This document shows, in pieces, positions 63,831 through 64,000 of a stretch of DNA of 64,000 nt (positions are counted from its first letter, which is position 1; each line of letters opens with the position of its first letter). A program made the translations under genes and the position numbers. The stretch spans positions 6,539-70,538 of the forward strand of contig JAIORP010000012.1 in NCBI GenBank assembly GCA_021108075.1. The letters run 5' to 3'. Origin of the DNA: Candidatus Omnitrophota bacterium. GTDB taxonomy: Bacteria; Omnitrophota; Gorgyraeia; Zapsychrales; Zapsychraceae. The notes under the pieces are model-generated. The model ran no database searches. It was not told the DNA's origin and was given only the letters and a program-made list of their open reading frames with translations.

Positions 63831-64000
63831 ATGAAATTATACGGAAGAAATCCAGTTATTGAAAGGTTACGTTTTAACCCAAATAGCGTTATTAAAATTT
63901 ATTTGCAGGAAGGCTTGAGAAAGGCGGGATATATTCGGCAACGGGCAAAGAAGTTTGGAATTCCGCTTTTTACCGTGCCGAAGTCAAAAATTCAGAAGAT
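63831..64000 (+). CDS. rlmB: SpoU/TrmH-family rRNA 2'-O-methyltransferase (RlmB-like), 3'-truncated by window edge
   Basis: MKLYGRNPVIERLRFNPNSVIKIYLQEGLRKAGYIRQRAKKFGIPLFTV matches the RlmB N-terminal substrate-binding domain. Confidence 0.65.
   Translation, partial: MKLYGRNPVIERLRFNPNSVIKIYLQEGLRKAGYIRQRAKKFGIPLFTVPKSKIQK

Overview
The window is a 64-kb stretch of a ~43% GC genome that looks like an anaerobic, hydrogen-metabolising bacterium.

Layout from start to end:
- 1..5492: the adaptation end of a CRISPR-Cas locus. It has a 5'-truncated cas1, a frameshifted cas2, cas4, an AT-rich leader, and a 48-repeat array of 37-nt repeats (47 spacers).
- 5631..17200: a redox/hydrogen module. It has a Rex repressor with a near-perfect Rex operator on its own promoter, a sensor histidine kinase, an Hnd/HydABC-type NAD(P)-linked [FeFe]-hydrogenase whose NuoE-like subunit carries an N-terminal receiver domain, hypA, hypB and a methyl-accepting chemotaxis protein.
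- 17711..30313: a single 12.6-kb ORF. It encodes a 4,2xx-aa signal-peptide protein with putative kinase, HAD phosphatase, HIT/GalT-like, methyltransferase-like, GNAT-like and Nudix domains plus internal tandem repeats.
- 30625..41506: a HoxFUYH-type NAD-linked [NiFe]-hydrogenase with its maturation protease, an orphan receiver, and hypFCDE.
- 41711..47470: an L,D-transpeptidase-like protein, a divergent B12-radical-SAM and CPBP-protease pair, and a low-GC islet with an IS200-like transposase remnant and a HEPN-motif protein.
- 47473..51309: a signal-peptide protein with two GGDEF domains. It shares a ~350-aa N-terminal domain and a ~75-aa C-terminal domain with the giant protein.
- 51596..64000: housekeeping genes (trx, panD, def, lipA, yggT, ybaB, greA) and a cell-envelope sugar-modification cluster.

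The most novel-looking content:
- The giant multi-enzyme ORF and its dual-GGDEF paralog, which share otherwise unrecognised N- and C-terminal modules.
- A recurrent DAAML peptide motif in both proteins.
- A family of at least eight ~100-bp MITE-like elements with terminal inverted repeats ATACCAAATCCATTAA, inserted in intergenic spacers throughout the hydrogenase operons.

No rRNA or tRNA genes were detected. The giant ORF is reminiscent of the giant genes of uncultivated phyla such as Omnitrophota, but taxonomy cannot be determined from the sequence alone.
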